A stretch of DNA of 64,000 nt from Heptranchias perlo (GCF_035084215.1 NC_090370.1:6820001-6884000); one strand, 5' to 3'. Shown: positions 1-13,434, counted from the first letter of the stretch. The notes: generated by a model not told the origin, from the letters alone. Program-made: numbers and translations.

Positions 1-3000
1 ATGCACACTTCTGTCGCATTATCCACGGAAATTTTTGCAGATAATCAAAGACGAAGGTTAACAGGAGTGCAGATAATTGAAGTTCCACTGCACTTTACTT
101 GTAATAGTTTGTAATAAACTGCATTCTCTCAATGTATAGATTTTCCTGTAATTTTGCACATCTAGCAAGTCCTGTGACTTCACAGTCACAGTAATTTATT
201 CCAGACAGCCTCTTTACCAACGTAGTGCTCTGTCATAAACAGACTAGAGGATTCAGTTCATGTATTATACATTTTGATCCAGGGTGAGTTTCAAGTGTGC
301 ACAAAAGCCTTAACATCTTGTATGTTTCGTACATTAACAACCATGACTACACTTCAAAAAGTACTTCATTGGCGGTAAAGTGTTTTAGGCTGCCCGGAGG
401 TCATGAAAAGTGCTATGTAAATCTTTCCTTCCGTTCACTCCACAGATGTTGCCTGACCTGCAGAGTTTTCTGTTATGATTTCAGATTTCCAGAATTTGCA
501 GTATTTTAACCAAAGGTTTTGGGGCATGAATATGCACTCACAGCACCGACTCCAAGTCAGTTCAGAATCTCACATCTCAAGTTCACTCAAGAAATCTCAA
601 ACAGAATGTGATGTGTCCAGTCCAGAGTTATAAGAACTTCCAAATTGTATATTTTCATATAAATTTGTAGCTCGGACTTTGTGCCAAGATTTTTAAAATG
701 GAAGCCATAGCTGCTGCTGTGTATGTTAAGACTTCCTTTGTCTTGATGTAAGGGACAGAGTGTGATGTGATCCACACCTGCCTGTCTGGAGCGTACTTTA
801 ATGTTCAAAGAGGACATCCTGCCTTTGTTCACGACTTCTGTCTGGAAACGATGTTGCATCACGTCTAAATTGGTTTATTTGCTCAGACTCCTATGGTCAC
901 TTAGCACCAAACTATTTGTATTGACTGACAATTGTTAGAGATGCAAAACTCATCCAGGTGACAAAAATCATTAATACTGATCACCAGGCTGTCATTAACC
1001 TGCCTTTTCTCTCTCTCTCAAGATGCTGACCGACCTGCCGGGTATGTCCAGCATTTCAGTTTTTATTTCAGCTTTCCAGCATCTGCAGTCCTTTCTTTTC
1101 GGGTCAATTACCTCTACTTGCAGTCAATTGCGAAATAAGGACTGTTATTTTTACCTGACGACGATTTATAATTATAGCGCCTGTAAAAATGTACATCCTA
1201 CAATAAATTTGAATTTGTAGTTTTAGCTTGAGCTACATACTGTGTTATGATAGTGTTTTTATGACTTTCAAAGAGACATCCATCCCTTTCCTGGTGTATA
1301 ATGCAGCACTACAAAGGAAAATTATTCATCCTGTGGTATACGATCCTATAAACGTCATGCATAATGTTTCATTTTGGTTCATTGGAAGTGCAGGGTCACC
1401 TATGGAAGCTGAATTTTGCATTGAGCATACATTAAAAGGATTGGGAAGCAGCTCAAATCATAACACCATTCATAAATTCTATACGCAGCTCATGCCAGGA
1501 GGGGGACTCAAGCTAGAATCACGTATTTGGCAGCACGCACGTTTTTAGTAACTGTCTACAAAACACAAGATTAACAATATCAAGAGATCTGCAGTGAGTA
1601 TTCAAGTATTGCATGTGCTAGTAGTAAACAGAGTTATACATCAAACTGCATCATAACTGGCTCCTGCAGTGCATCATAACCTATGGCAAAACAAGCACTT
1701 TAGGTCGATACACACAAAACACTTGCATCAATAATGCTAATATGTTGGCCTGAAATTTCGGATAGAAAATGAAGATTAATTGCACACTCATCAATACATG
1801 CTACCAAAACATTCTATTCTTTATTATAGCAGCTCATTCATTTCCCTCCACCATTGTGAATTTACAACAAGAATTGTCTCTGAATATGAAGTCAAGCCTA
1901 CAAAAAGCCAGGGTGGCAGCAAGAGTGCTACAATGGGCCTCAGTGTCTGAGGTAAAAATGCCAAATTTTTGCTCCTAACCACTATCCATCAACACCTACT
2001 GGAAACTGTGCATGCATACAAAGTCAGCTGAGAGTGTGATAGGGTTCAGCTATAATGTCCACATGGGCAAACACCCTGCCAACATTCATTGTCTTGGGGT
2101 AGCTCGTTCCTTTCCCTCCACCACTGTAAAATTACAAGAATTGGCTCTTAATACTGAGTCAAGTCTACCAAAACCCAATCCAGATCCCAGTGTAAGATTT
2201 CATGACAATCTAGGCTATGCTTTCATCAGGTTTACATTATCCCTATTTTCACAAGCAACCCAGTCTGGGTTTAAAAACTATACCCTAGGGAATTGGGTAA
2301 TATCAGTAAGTCAGATCACTGTCAAGGCAATAGGACTAAAATTCCCACTGCCAGCAAAAGGTCACAAGAAAAACAAATCCCAATCTATATCTGAGGATAT
2401 GAAGATTAGCCATTTTGGCAAGTAGCCGAGGACACTTAGCCCTTATGGAATAGTAGCTCAACAAGAGTTCACACCTTCAGGAGCAGCTGGACAAAAGTTG
2501 GAGGGGAAAAACAAATGTGATCAAACTCAAAGCAATTCAGTGGCACAGCTTTTAGATGCATCAAAGCACTGTGAAAACAAGGCAGTAGGTTTACTCTCAA
2601 TTACACACACACAACAAATTCCCTATCTCAACTAGGTTGCCAGAGGAAGACCCAGAGTAAAAACAGTTTTAGGGCAGGGAAGAAAAGGTGCAAACCCATG
2701 CACTCCCTAGCAGCTACTTATACAATAATGAGAAATGGCCCAGGAGCATGTTATTTTGCTGATCTGATACAGTAGAGTATGGCATGTCGTGCTGTGCATG
2801 ATCTAAAGAGAACATATGGATGGGGGAGGGTGGGAAGAAAAGAGAGGGGCAGGAAAGGGAGGAGATAAAGAGGAATAGATTTTGCAACTTTAATCACTTA
2901 GAAATGATAAAAGATAACACAGTACAATGCAAGAAAAGAGCAGTGACTGTTCTGCAGAAATAGGCAAAACATATGTTATCCTGCATTGTTAAAAAGTACT

Positions 3001-3809
3001 GTTAGGATCAAAATGCAACTGTTGCAAAACCTTCAGATGAACTCTGATCCTAATCCCGTGATGTGATTTCATAATCTACATCTCAGTACATTAAAGCTTA
3101 CAATAGTTTACAGATTCATCTCATTATACAAGTTCCCTGCTAAAATGTACATTTCCATGATATTTACAAGGAAGTCTTTCAAGTTTATTTTAAACCCACG
3201 GACCCCAATAGCATTAAATTCTTATAAAAAGTGATCTGCTAACAAGAAAGATGGGAGCAAAGGGGAAAGAGGACAGGAATGTTAAAAGATTACACAACAG
3301 GTGTGGTTTCGCCAGCTGTGTGACGGCCTTTCCAACTGTCCAAAGGTGCACCACTCGACTCTCATCCCATTCGGTTCAGTAAACCCAAAAACCTGCTCCT
3401 CCAATTGCTCAATGAGCCATACAGACCAGAGAGGTCGGTTCAATCCTAGATCTAGGTGGAGTTGGCCGATCCACTGCACATGCAGGCTGAATGTGACATT
3501 TTGGCCACTACAGATGCCTGGAGTTATTAAATCAGGACTTTGCATCATAACATCACTAGAACGAGAATAGTGGCACATGCGTACGATGGCACCGTTGCCA
3601 AAATGTGCTACTGTCGCCGGAGCAGCATGTTCAGTTGCCCCAGGAAGACTAGCAGTCAAGTAAACCCAGCTTTAATAAAAAAACGGCGGCAGCCTCAATG
3701 GCTGGAGGTGCGATTTGCAGCAGGGGTGGGGGGGTGGGGGGGGAGGAAGAGGAGAGATCAGGAGACAGCCTTCTCTTCCATCCAAAAAGGTGCCAAAATA
3801 CAGGGGTAC

Positions 3810-4590
3810 AGCAACAACAACTTGCATTTATATAGCACCCTTAGAAAAGCGTCCCAGAGGCTTGATCAGAACAAATGGACTCCGAGTCAGAGAAGGCGGC
3901 ATTAGGAAGGGTGACCAAAAGCTTGGTCAAAGAAGTGGGTTTTAAGGAGCTTCAGAAAGGAAGAGGTGAATAGGCAGAGGGGTTTAGGGAGGTAATTACA
4001 GAGCACGGAGTCCAGATGGCTGAAGACACGGCCGCCAATGGTAGGAAATGGGGATGCACAAGAGGCCAGAGTTGGAGGAACAGAGAGTTCTGGCGAAGTT
4101 GAACACGAGGATGAGAATTTTAAATTGGAGACGTTGGGGGAACGGGAGCCAATGTAGGTCAGCAAGGACAGGAGTGATGGGTGCGTGGGACTTGGTGTGG
4201 GATAGGATACAGGCAGAGTTTTGGATCAGCTGCAGTTTACGGAGGGTGGAAAATGGAACGCTGGCCAGGAGACCATTGGAATAGTCAAGTCTGGAGGTGA
4301 CAGAGGCACAGATGAAGGTTTCAGCAGCAGATGAGCTGAAGCAGGGGCGGAGACAGGACGATGTTACAGAGGTGGAAGCAGGCGGTCTTTGTGATGGATA
4401 GGTTACGGGGTTGGCAGTGCGGCTCAGGGTTGAATAGGAAGATGATGCTGTGAACAGTTTAGTTCAACCCGAGACGGTGGCGAGGAGAGGGGTGTAATTG
4501 GTGGCAAGGGTACAGAGTTTGTGGAGGGGGCTCAAGACAATAACTTCAGTCTTTCCTACGTTTAAGGGGAAACAATGGCCATTTGGCCAA
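3810..4590 (-). mobile_element. L2 LINE 3' fragment
   Basis: GRVFSH, FLKLLKTHFFDQAF and LNVGKTEVIVL motifs; (AAC)n tail at ~3810. Confidence 0.8.
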
Positions 4591-4619
4591 GGGTCCGAAG
4601 AGCAACTGATGCCTGTAAA

Positions 4620-4717
4620 ACTATAATAAAAACAGAAAATGCTGGGAACACTCAGGCACCAACGGAGAGAGAAAAGTATGGTCAGCATTTCAGGTTGATG
4701 ACCTTTCATCAGAACTG
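4620..4717 (-). mobile_element. Penelope tail fragment with degenerate hammerhead motif
   Basis: Minus strand CAGTTCTGATGAAAGGTCATCAACCTGAAATGCTGAC matches the 9499 motif. Related tail fragments occur at ~435-510, ~1005-1100 and ~8820-8890. Confidence 0.65.
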
Positions 4718-5449
4718 TAAACCTGTACCCCAGCAAGGAGTCGATACAGTCAGCAGAGCAGGAGGGGGAAAAGCAGCCAAAAAAAAAACTTTAAAAACAA
4801 ACTCTCACACACCACAAAAGCTTCTCCTATCCTCCCTACCCCCCACCCACCCACCACCCACCTACCTCCCTCATTTTATGCCCTTGTGACATTGGGTTAC
4901 AACTCCACAGGCACTGGGAGTCTTCCAGTACCTCACTGAAGTGGTCATTCTTTTGACGTGTGAACCTGGCCAATGAGTATTAGCAGGCTATTAAACTGCA
5001 GGGTGCATCACAGCTGACCCCAATCATGCCTACAGTTACTGATTTTTGAAAACCCAAAGGATACATATTGTTGCCAGTCTGTTGCAAGATGTAAGCCACC
5101 TTCCAACATGTGCAAGCAATAGAACATTATCTCAGTAATCCTGCAAATCACTTTGTGCAGTAATCCTGCAAATGCTGCTCTCAGCAATGATTATACGTAT
5201 TGATTAACAAGTCTGACAATGCCAGCATTTAATGCTCCTCTGTGGACAGGTTAAAGGTACACTTTATGACTCCACGATGTAACAGAAACATTTGACAAAT
5301 ATGCAGAAAAACCTTGTGCTAGCAAGTTATGTCTCAACACGTACTTTGGCATAACTTTTTTTTAAAAAAAGCTCATTTACCTGCGCCCTGCTGAGATTGA
5401 TTCATTATGTTTTTTTTTTAAATGGGTCCTCTTTCCTCAACCAAAAGGT

Positions 5450-5820
5450 GTTGAGATGCTGTGATACAACATGGAGTATGCCAACAGTTCTCTCATACCT
5501 TGCCCAAGTGGCCATTCTTCAAACAGCGAACATTAACAAGCTGCTTGACTGACACAGGTATCACAGTCAAGCCTAGTTTTATTCTTCCTCAAAGTCTGCA
5601 CACGTGCACTTTGCAGTAGAGTCACTAGATATCAATCAGGATCGATCTCTCTCTCTCTCTCTCTCCCTTTTCTTTAGCACAGGGACACTGAAGCAAACTG
5701 TAATGGCTCCACCACTGCCACAGCCTAGATGAACTCAGCATAGATCAGGGATCAAACCAGAGATCCTCTTGGTGTGTATGGATTAGATGAGGTATTTACC
5801 CATTGAACCATTAGGGGAGC
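5450..5820 (-). mobile_element. SINE-like family B copy
   Basis: Reverse complement of the family B motifs (CAAGTGGCCATTCTTCA, AACTCAGCATAGATCAGGGATCAAACC). Confidence 0.65.
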
Positions 5821-7513
5821 TTATTGCACAGAGGCAAACAAATTCCTCTGAAGTCAAATATTAGTCAATTTAAATACCAAGTTTGGGGGGGGGAAAAAAA
5901 AAGAGAAGTTGTTGTCACATCTTTTATGCAATGCAATTGTGTAGACTATGGAATTTGCACAACTTTCCTGAAGAATATTGCTAAATCAAAACTGAATCTG
6001 AACACAAGTCAGCACAAAATGTTGACAAACTGGGCAATTTACCAGAGACTAGCACTGTGTTGGGTTAGAAAGCATTCCTGAAAGCAGTACAGGATATTAA
6101 GGGATATAATTCACTCAAGGGAATATAAACACATTACATGCATCACATTCACAATGATGAATTGCAGATATACCAGCCCATTGTGTGATAATGCAGTTGG
6201 CTCACTCATCTCATGACCACCGTTAAAAAAACGTAAAAGTTGCATCAGGCAACACATAGGACAGGAATCAAACAGTTTTTTTTTTATTTCACTCAAAAGA
6301 GAGAAATAAATCAGCATACTATTAGAACTATTTCTCTCTTGATAACTGTGCAATGACATCACACAACATATATTGCCAGCAAAAATGTTAAATCTATATC
6401 AGTGATTCAATAAAAGAAAATGGATACGTAGCTGTGCGTAAGGTCAAAGCACAATAAAACTTAATAAACTTTATACTCATGCTTTAAGATGTCACCTGAA
6501 CTCTTCAATGAGATTACACCTTTTATTTGTTTCCCCAGGTATTCGTTACTCTCTCAAAATTGAAGTCAATAATTCACTCAGCACTATACCATGGTTGGTA
6601 AAGAAATGTACTTTTATATTTTCATAAGTTAAAATGCATAGCTATAACATAGGTTAGCCATTACTCAGGGATCACCCTAAAGAGCAGGGACAACCCCCAA
6701 ATTCCTCTTCACTTCTAACTGCCACTGTCAATGCCCCCCCACAATCACCAAGAATGAGGGACTCATGGATTTCTTAAATTGTCTTCGTCCTCAGCTGGGG
6801 GCTCCTGTCACAAGGGTCTCATGCAGCATGCCCAAGATGCCATCCTTTGCCTCTTTTTCTCTTCATCACATGCAGCTGACTGCATGTTTACAAATGATGT
6901 TGGTGAGGCACAGCATGTAGATGAGACTTGATCTTACTTACATATTGTACAGCATTTGGGCATTATTGCTATCAATAAGTTCAAATCTGCATCAAATCCT
7001 CCACTTAATGTCCATAATGTTAGACACCAGGGCAGGTTCCCAACACAGCACACGATATACAACCTCTGCAGCACAAACATTTGAAGAAGTAATTTAAGGC
7101 TGAAAGAAAACATTCCATCCGGATAGACAACCAGTAACATAATATCTCATCTTGGTTTTCAAATCTAGTAAAGAGTCAGTAAAGTCTCAAGCAGTAAATA
7201 AATGGGAATGGTTTGGTGTATTCCATTAAGAAGCTTTGACTACATCTGAGCCCTCGTGAAGACATCACTCACTAATGCGGTATTTGTTTTACAGTTATCA
7301 TACTAAAACATTCCTTTAAGAATATAACCTGTGAAGAAATACTGCTCGCACAGATTTACACGTCTTGAATATTGGTCCAAGAGATAGTTGGCGACTTTTT
7401 TTCCCTTACGGGCTCCTGGCACTGAATTCAACTGCGTACAGGAATTTTTTTCACCCCGATTAAAAAGTAAACGAAAGCCATCACCAATCGCCCCCAAAAG
7501 TCCAAAAACTTAC

Positions 7514-7573
7514 AATGCACTCGCGAACTCGGTTGTGGAAGAGCTGTGTTCTAATCACAACGTCGTCTTCCAT
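7514..7573 (-). CDS. LMBR1L: Limb region 1-like protein, coding exon 1 (MEDDVVIRTQLFHNRVRECI); remaining exons presumably left of the window
   Basis: ATG at 7573-7571 in GCGATGG context, 20 codons, then a phase-0 GTAAGT donor. The peptide resembles the LMBR1L/LMBR1 N-terminus (human VREQLFHERIRECI). It sits in a CpG-rich promoter region downstream of alpha-tubulin genes, as in the human LMBR1L-TUBA1B-TUBA1A order. Confidence 0.88.
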
Positions 7574-7689
7574 CGCGACCCTTCATGGCTAAGAAGGCGC
7601 GCGCTACCTGTTGACTCAATATATGAAGATCCAGAACTCCAGCTGCGCACGGCTGCAGTGCTTCAATCTGCCAAGCCACCACGGAACAC

Positions 7690-7975
7690 AGCACCGGATT
7701 GGATAGGGAACGCCACGAGGAAACATAATACCGCACATACCATTGGCGGAGAGTAACTATAAAATAAAACATGGCGTATGATTGGTTAGAAAGCATCTAA
7801 ACGCGCATTAGACTGTACGAGATTGGCTGGAATTAGCTTCAAATATGTAGGGTCTAACCTGATTGGTAAGAAGGGTGATGAATTTAACCAATCGTTATAG
7901 GAATTGGAAAGAGTTTGATTATCTGATTGGTTGATAAAGTCAATGCGGTTTTATATAACATATGATTGGCTGAAA
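7690..7975 (-). promoter_or_regulatory. LMBR1L promoter with CCAAT (NF-Y) box array
   Basis: ATTGG on + strand (CCAAT on -) at 7698, 7742, 7781, 7822, 7862, 7903, 7926 and 7965, plus one opposite-orientation CCAAT at 7888. YY1-like AACATGGCG near 7768. CpG enrichment 7340-7830. Confidence 0.75.
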
Positions 7976-9124
7976 CTAGAGATGCGAATGACTACTTCAT
8001 GGAAATGTTGGTTGAACATCCTCCATTTAAACCCCGAATCAATAAGGTACGAGAGCGTCAGGAAGGAGGGGCGAACAAATAAACTTTAAACATTGGCGCT
8101 GAGAAACAATGTGTAAATAATAAATGGAAGGGAGAAGGGAAGAGACCTATGTAAATGCCTTCGTGGCAAATTCTATTCTAAAATCTCTAACAAAGTAATT
8201 AATCAATATGTAAAGTTTGAACTATATACACAAGAAGTGGAAGTTGTACCAGTGTACATTCTTCTGTAAGTGCGAAATTGAGAGATTATATTTCTCACGC
8301 TTTATTGGCATAAACATACAAGACTAAAAAAGGAAAAAAATGGAAGCTGAAATAAAAAAATAAAAATTCTGATGAAGAAACATTTTCTCTTTACAGGCAC
8401 TGTACATGTCCAACATTTTGTGCTTTTATATTATGTAAGGCACCTGATCATTGGATTACAGACTATGAATTGTAAACTATTATGAATGAAATTTATGTCG
8501 CCAGTTCCCTCCACACAGGGAGATTGACCGACTGACGATAATAGACTTTAAGACAACCTGCTGGTGCGACGAGGACAGACTATCTCCTAAAAGACAACCG
8601 TTATTTGAATGAATTAGTGAACGACGGGAGGGTAATTCAAATTGACCAATCAGCAGCTGCTTGCAAATCGGCGTGGGCGCAGCGCTACCTGGAGGCTAAA
8701 CCCGGCATCTTGTCTTCTCTTTGCACCAGTTTCCTTTTCACATTAAGACCGCGTGTTAGGCCCATCTTCTGTTTCTAGCCTTCCTGAACCTCCAACATAT
8801 TATTTGTGGCAAGTCAAGCACAGTGTCTGTGGAGAAAAACTGAGTTAACGTTTCAGGCACATTGTTTTGTTTCAGATTTCCAGTGTTTTGTTTTTTGTGA
8901 CATTATTTATGACTCAGGACTCACATTAACTGTGATCTTTTTTAAAAATCAAGATGTCCTCATCTAGCTTTAATAATTTTTTGTTTACAATAAAGACATC
9001 TTAAAATTTTATGGCAATACTGCAACTGGGATGCTATGTTGCAAAATATTGTCCTATTTCACATGTAGGCTGTTAATATTCACAATTAATTGATACATAA
9101 AAACATAGTACAGTATTTAGAACG

Positions 9125-9600
9125 GTTTAATTCTCTATCCTGCTCCCACTCTGACCTCTCTTCCCTTGGCCTTCTACACTGTTCCAATGAAGCTCAGCGC
9201 AAGCTCGAGGAACAGCACCTCATTTTTCGATTAGGCACTTACAGTCTTCTGGTCTTAACATTGAGTTCAACAACTTTAAATCTTAACAGCTGTTACCATT
9301 TACACCTCCTCTGGACCAATCTTTTGTTTCTTTGCTTGTACCAATTCCACCTCCTCTTGCCTTGCACCATCATCCCTTTTGTACTTTAATCACACCTACC
9401 CTCCATCCTATCACAGACCTTCCCCTTTGTTCTCCCCCCCCCCCCCTTTTCCCTGGCTCTGTACTTGCTTAAAAACTGTTTAATCTCTAACATCTTCCAG
9501 TTCTGACGAAAGGTCATCGACCTGAAACATTAACTCTGTTTCTCTCTCCACAGATGCTTCCTGGCCTGCTGAGTGTTTCCAACATTTTCTGTTTTTATTT
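9125..9600 (+). mobile_element. Penelope 3' fragment (second family)
   Basis: GIY-YIG C-terminal RKLEEQHLIFRLGT, pyrimidine-rich UTR, hammerhead motif and CACAGATGC...TTCTGTTTTTATT tail. Confidence 0.8.
9499..9535 (+). ncRNA. Minimal hammerhead ribozyme motif
   Basis: AGUU-CUGACGA-A-AGGUC(auc)GACCU-GAAA-CA-UU-AACU. The stem III palindrome AACGUU appears mutated here but is intact in the partial minus-strand copy near 8846. Confidence 0.7.
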
Positions 9601-9704
9601 AAAACCATCCCCAACTTCCTCCTCCCCTCCATGGTTCGAGGCATAAATGCAACCCCCTCCCTACAGCAAGTCAGGGTGCTACAATTGGCCTTAGAAACCA
9701 TGAA

Positions 9705-9900
9705 CTACAACAACAACTTGCATTCATATAATGCCTTTTACGTAGTAAAACGTCCCAAGGTGCTCCACAGGAATGTTATAAGGCAAAATTTGATGCCGAG
9801 CCACATAGAAGGTATTAGGACAGGTGATCAAAAGCTTGGTCAAAGAGGTAGGTTTTAAGGAGCATCTTGCCTAAGTGAAGTAGAGAGAGGGAGGCCAGAG
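9705..9900 (-). mobile_element. L2 3' end
   Basis: LLKTYLFDQAF and (AAC)n-TTGCATT tail. Confidence 0.75.
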
Positions 9901-10134
9901 AAGAAGGAAAGGTAACAACTGCAGAAACACAATACAAAATATCCAGTGGGTGTGGCCAGTCTTGTAGCAGAAGAAAGTTTAATCTTCTCTGTGACATTAA
10001 CACTTCATTTCTATATACTAATAAAATATGTTTTCTCCAATGCTGGCACTGTTTTCCTTTGGGTAGCTGACACCATTTTTTGGAAGTTAAGAGAGAGAGT
10101 TCCTTGAGAGTGTGTCAGTATTTGCTGGGGATCC

Positions 10135-11100
10135 TCCACACAGAAAAGACATTTAATAAAGTTCCATATGAAAGACCACCGGTTAAGCTCAAGGCTGTAA
10201 GGATTCAGGGTAAAACTTGGGAATGGATAAGAAATTGGCTAAAGGGTAGAAAACAACAAGTACTCATTGGAGGAGGCATATCAGGGTGGGGGAAGCACTG
10301 AGCGGGTGCCCCAGGGCTCATTATTGGGACCCGTTTTTAATTTATTACCAATGATTTAGATTCAGAAACTCAATGCAAATTGGTCAAATTTGCAAACAAT
10401 ACCAAACTAGCGGGAGGGGGGGGGGCAATGGAATTGTTGAAATAGATAAGGATGAAATTGAAAGAGATCTAGGAGTCTTAGTAGGCTCAATGCTCAATAT
10501 GTCCAACCAATGCAGAGCAACAATCAACAAAGCCAATAGAATGTTGAACTACATAGCCAAAACAGTACAAGTCAGAGGAAGTCATGATCAAACTGTACAG
10601 TGCTCTGGTCAGACCTTGAGTGCTCTGGTCAGACTGTGCCTTGAGTATTGTGTCCAGTTCTGGTCACCAAGAAACAAGGGAGACATCAAGCACTGGAGCC
10701 AATGCAACAAAGAGACATGTGGCTGATCCCTAGTGTGAGAGCTATGAGTAAAGATTGGAGACTTGAGCTTTTCATCCTGGAAAGGGGGCACACAAGAGGT
10801 GATCTTTTAGAAGTAAATAAGATAGTTAAGGGAATAGAAAAGGTAAATCTTGAATAGTACTTTAAATTGAGTGAGAGTAGGATAAAGGGACACAGGTTCA
10901 AACTAATAAACGTAAATTTAGGACATATCAGGAAGTTCTTCTTCACAAGACTGATCAGTACTTGGAATGGATGGCAACATAAAGTAGTGAAGGCAAAAAC
11001 CCTAGAATCATTTAAGAAACAATTAAATGCAGCAATTGGGGGGGGGGTGGGGATTGTTGTGGCTTTCTGGACAAATGAGTTAATATGGGCACAAGGACCC
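10135..11100 (+). mobile_element. CR1 LINE fragment (degenerate)
   Basis: FNKVPY...WIRNWL, ERDLGVLV, LVRLCLEYCVQFWSP and KGHRFKL...FFFTRLISTWN motifs. Confidence 0.85.
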
Positions 11101-11234
11101 CAGCATGATTCACCACCTCCAGGAGTGGGGAAAATTACAAGGGAGAGGGAACTGAAACCTGAACTAAGAGAACATTTCAAAATTACATCATCAAACTGAA
11201 CTTAACTGAAGGCTCCCGAGGGCCAGTTGGTCAA

Positions 11235-11830
11235 CAAAAACAACAGGAACTTGCATTTGTATAGTATCTTTAACATGAAAAAAAATCTCAAGGCATTTCC
11301 TAAAGACATAATCAGAAATAAATCGAGGCCAAGCCAAAGGAGGAGATATTAGGAGGGGTGATCAAAGGGTGAGTTTTCAGGAGGAGCGGCTTAGTCATGG
11401 AATTTGAGAGCATGGGACCTAGGTAGCTGAAGAAACGTCCACTAATGGTGGGGCAAAGAGAGGGGGTGCACAAGAGCCATAGTCGGAGAAACAGAGAATT
11501 CGGGGGGGGGGTGGTTTTGGGCTGACCCCATGTCTGTGGAAGATGTTGCCAAGGGGCAGCACGTAGATGAAGAAGAGGGGTTGTTGGGAGGATAGTGGCC
11601 AACCATGTGAAAGGCTGCACTACGGTCAAGGTCACAGAGGGTGTCATTTATGACTTTGATTAGAGCCCTTTCAATGCTATAGCAGGGGGGAAACCTGATT
11701 TGAGAGACTGAAACAGGGAGTTGTGGGAAAGATAGGCATGAATTTGGGAGGGGGTAACATGTACTTTAGAGAGGAAAGGGAGGTTGGTAGAGGTGGTAGT
11801 TTGCAAGGATAGAGGGGCAAGAGTGAGTTT
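11235..11830 (-). mobile_element. L2 fragment (degenerate)
   Basis: Same 3' tail and GGRAFS-like region as the other L2 copies. Confidence 0.65.
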
Positions 11831-13434
11831 TTTGAGGGAGGTGATGGTTAAGGCAATGAGTAGCTGATCTATACAGATCAGGAAGGTTCCAAGTTAGATC
11901 CCTGAACTGTGCTGAGTTAGCGATTCTCAAACAGGCTAACAATTGGGGTGCTGCACATGGCCTCAGTGCTCCTGGACCAAAGAGGATACAATTAACCATG
12001 GTTGATGCTGGTGATTGCTATCCAGTGACCCCTGCTGGAAAATGTGTGCATATGCGCATGTGGCCATTGAATGAAGCCTGGATCAGGTTTGGGTGTGATG
12101 CTTTGCACGATAAAATTGCCTGCCAACACTGAGCTGAGGCTCACACCCTACGTATGTGCATTTGCAAGAGGTACCAGAGGACTGCTGGCATCCAAAAAGC
12201 TGTATCCTTGCAAAAATCACAGAAATCAGCACCTGGGGGATGGGGGAGGAAGACAATTTGGCAAAAAAAAATGCACCAGGTGATTATGCATTACCAATGT
12301 TCTTAAATCGCTAACTAAAAAGAAATATTCTCCAACATATGCTCAATAAGGCATTTTAAGGGCAATTCAGTAATCCTGTGCTCCCAGTGGGGAGCTGCAC
12401 TCACACAGCACGGTTCAGAGAATCAGAGCCACAATGTTGTAGCCCTATCTCATACCCAACCTCTCATCAAGTGCAGCTTCCTCATTCTGAGTGTGGGATT
12501 GTGGACTTACCCTGTTGGTGAATGCATTTTCTGTTGATTTAAACTTTGTGATACCTGGATTGTGAAATTCAGTATGGAGACACTAGCACCAATATATAGC
12601 ACCAATATCAATGCCAGATGCATTCGATTCAGCATGTGGATTATCAGTACAAAACCTGCAGTAGCACCATTTCAAGCCTCCCTGTTTGCTCACTATAAAG
12701 AGGAAGTAGAGGTATACACACGCATTTTGAAAAGATGCTGAGAACAACCCAAAAATAAGAAACATTTTAATTTCCCTTTGCAAAACAAGGTTCCATTTTT
12801 AGATTCTGAGAGCATTACGCAAAATACCCCTCTTATCAAACCTCATCTCACTGCACTGTAATTGTCATAATTCAATGAAACACTTAAATGCTGGCTGAGA
12901 GCATAGCTCTGGCAACCTTAACATGTTTCTAGTTTCCACGATAGGCCATATTTGCAAAAGTTCCCGATGCATTTTAAATGGTAAATATCATGTTGAATCA
13001 GAATATAAAAGCACAAAAATCTTTGGCTCAGTTAATGGTTAGCCAAGTGGCTATTGAAGCCAAATCAATCACAACATTTAACAGGGAACTAGATAAACAC
13101 TTGAAGAGGAAAAATATTAAAGAATATGGGGAGGGGGCAGAAAAATGGGATTAGAATACAGCTAGAACCAGCATGCCAGGCCAAATGGTCTTTGTGCTGA
13201 GGTTCCCATGACCCGCTGCTCTGAACAAAATGTAATTATTTTTCTAAATTATGTATTCCCACAGGCTTCAAGGGATTATTTAGCCAGTGTTTTTAAATGA
13301 GATTCACCATCATGATGCTTTTAAAATGCAAAATAATTGAGGAGTATCCTTTTGGGTTGCCCAATCTGAATGCTGATATCAATGGTGGATCAATGAGCCC
13401 AACAATGTGGGGGAGCTGAATTAACGCATACAAT

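Noticed and set aside
6934-7140. ORF containing LYIVC as a possible LMBR1L exon 2
   Set aside because: Flanking residues do not match the expected I..LLF..LY....FKK pattern. I found no convincing exon 2 in 1-7513, so it probably lies outside the window.
1-7513. Possible ZRS-paralogous hedgehog enhancer within LMBR1L
   Set aside because: The ZRS is in LMBR1 intron 5, whereas this is intron 1, and I recognised no ZRS-like sequence.
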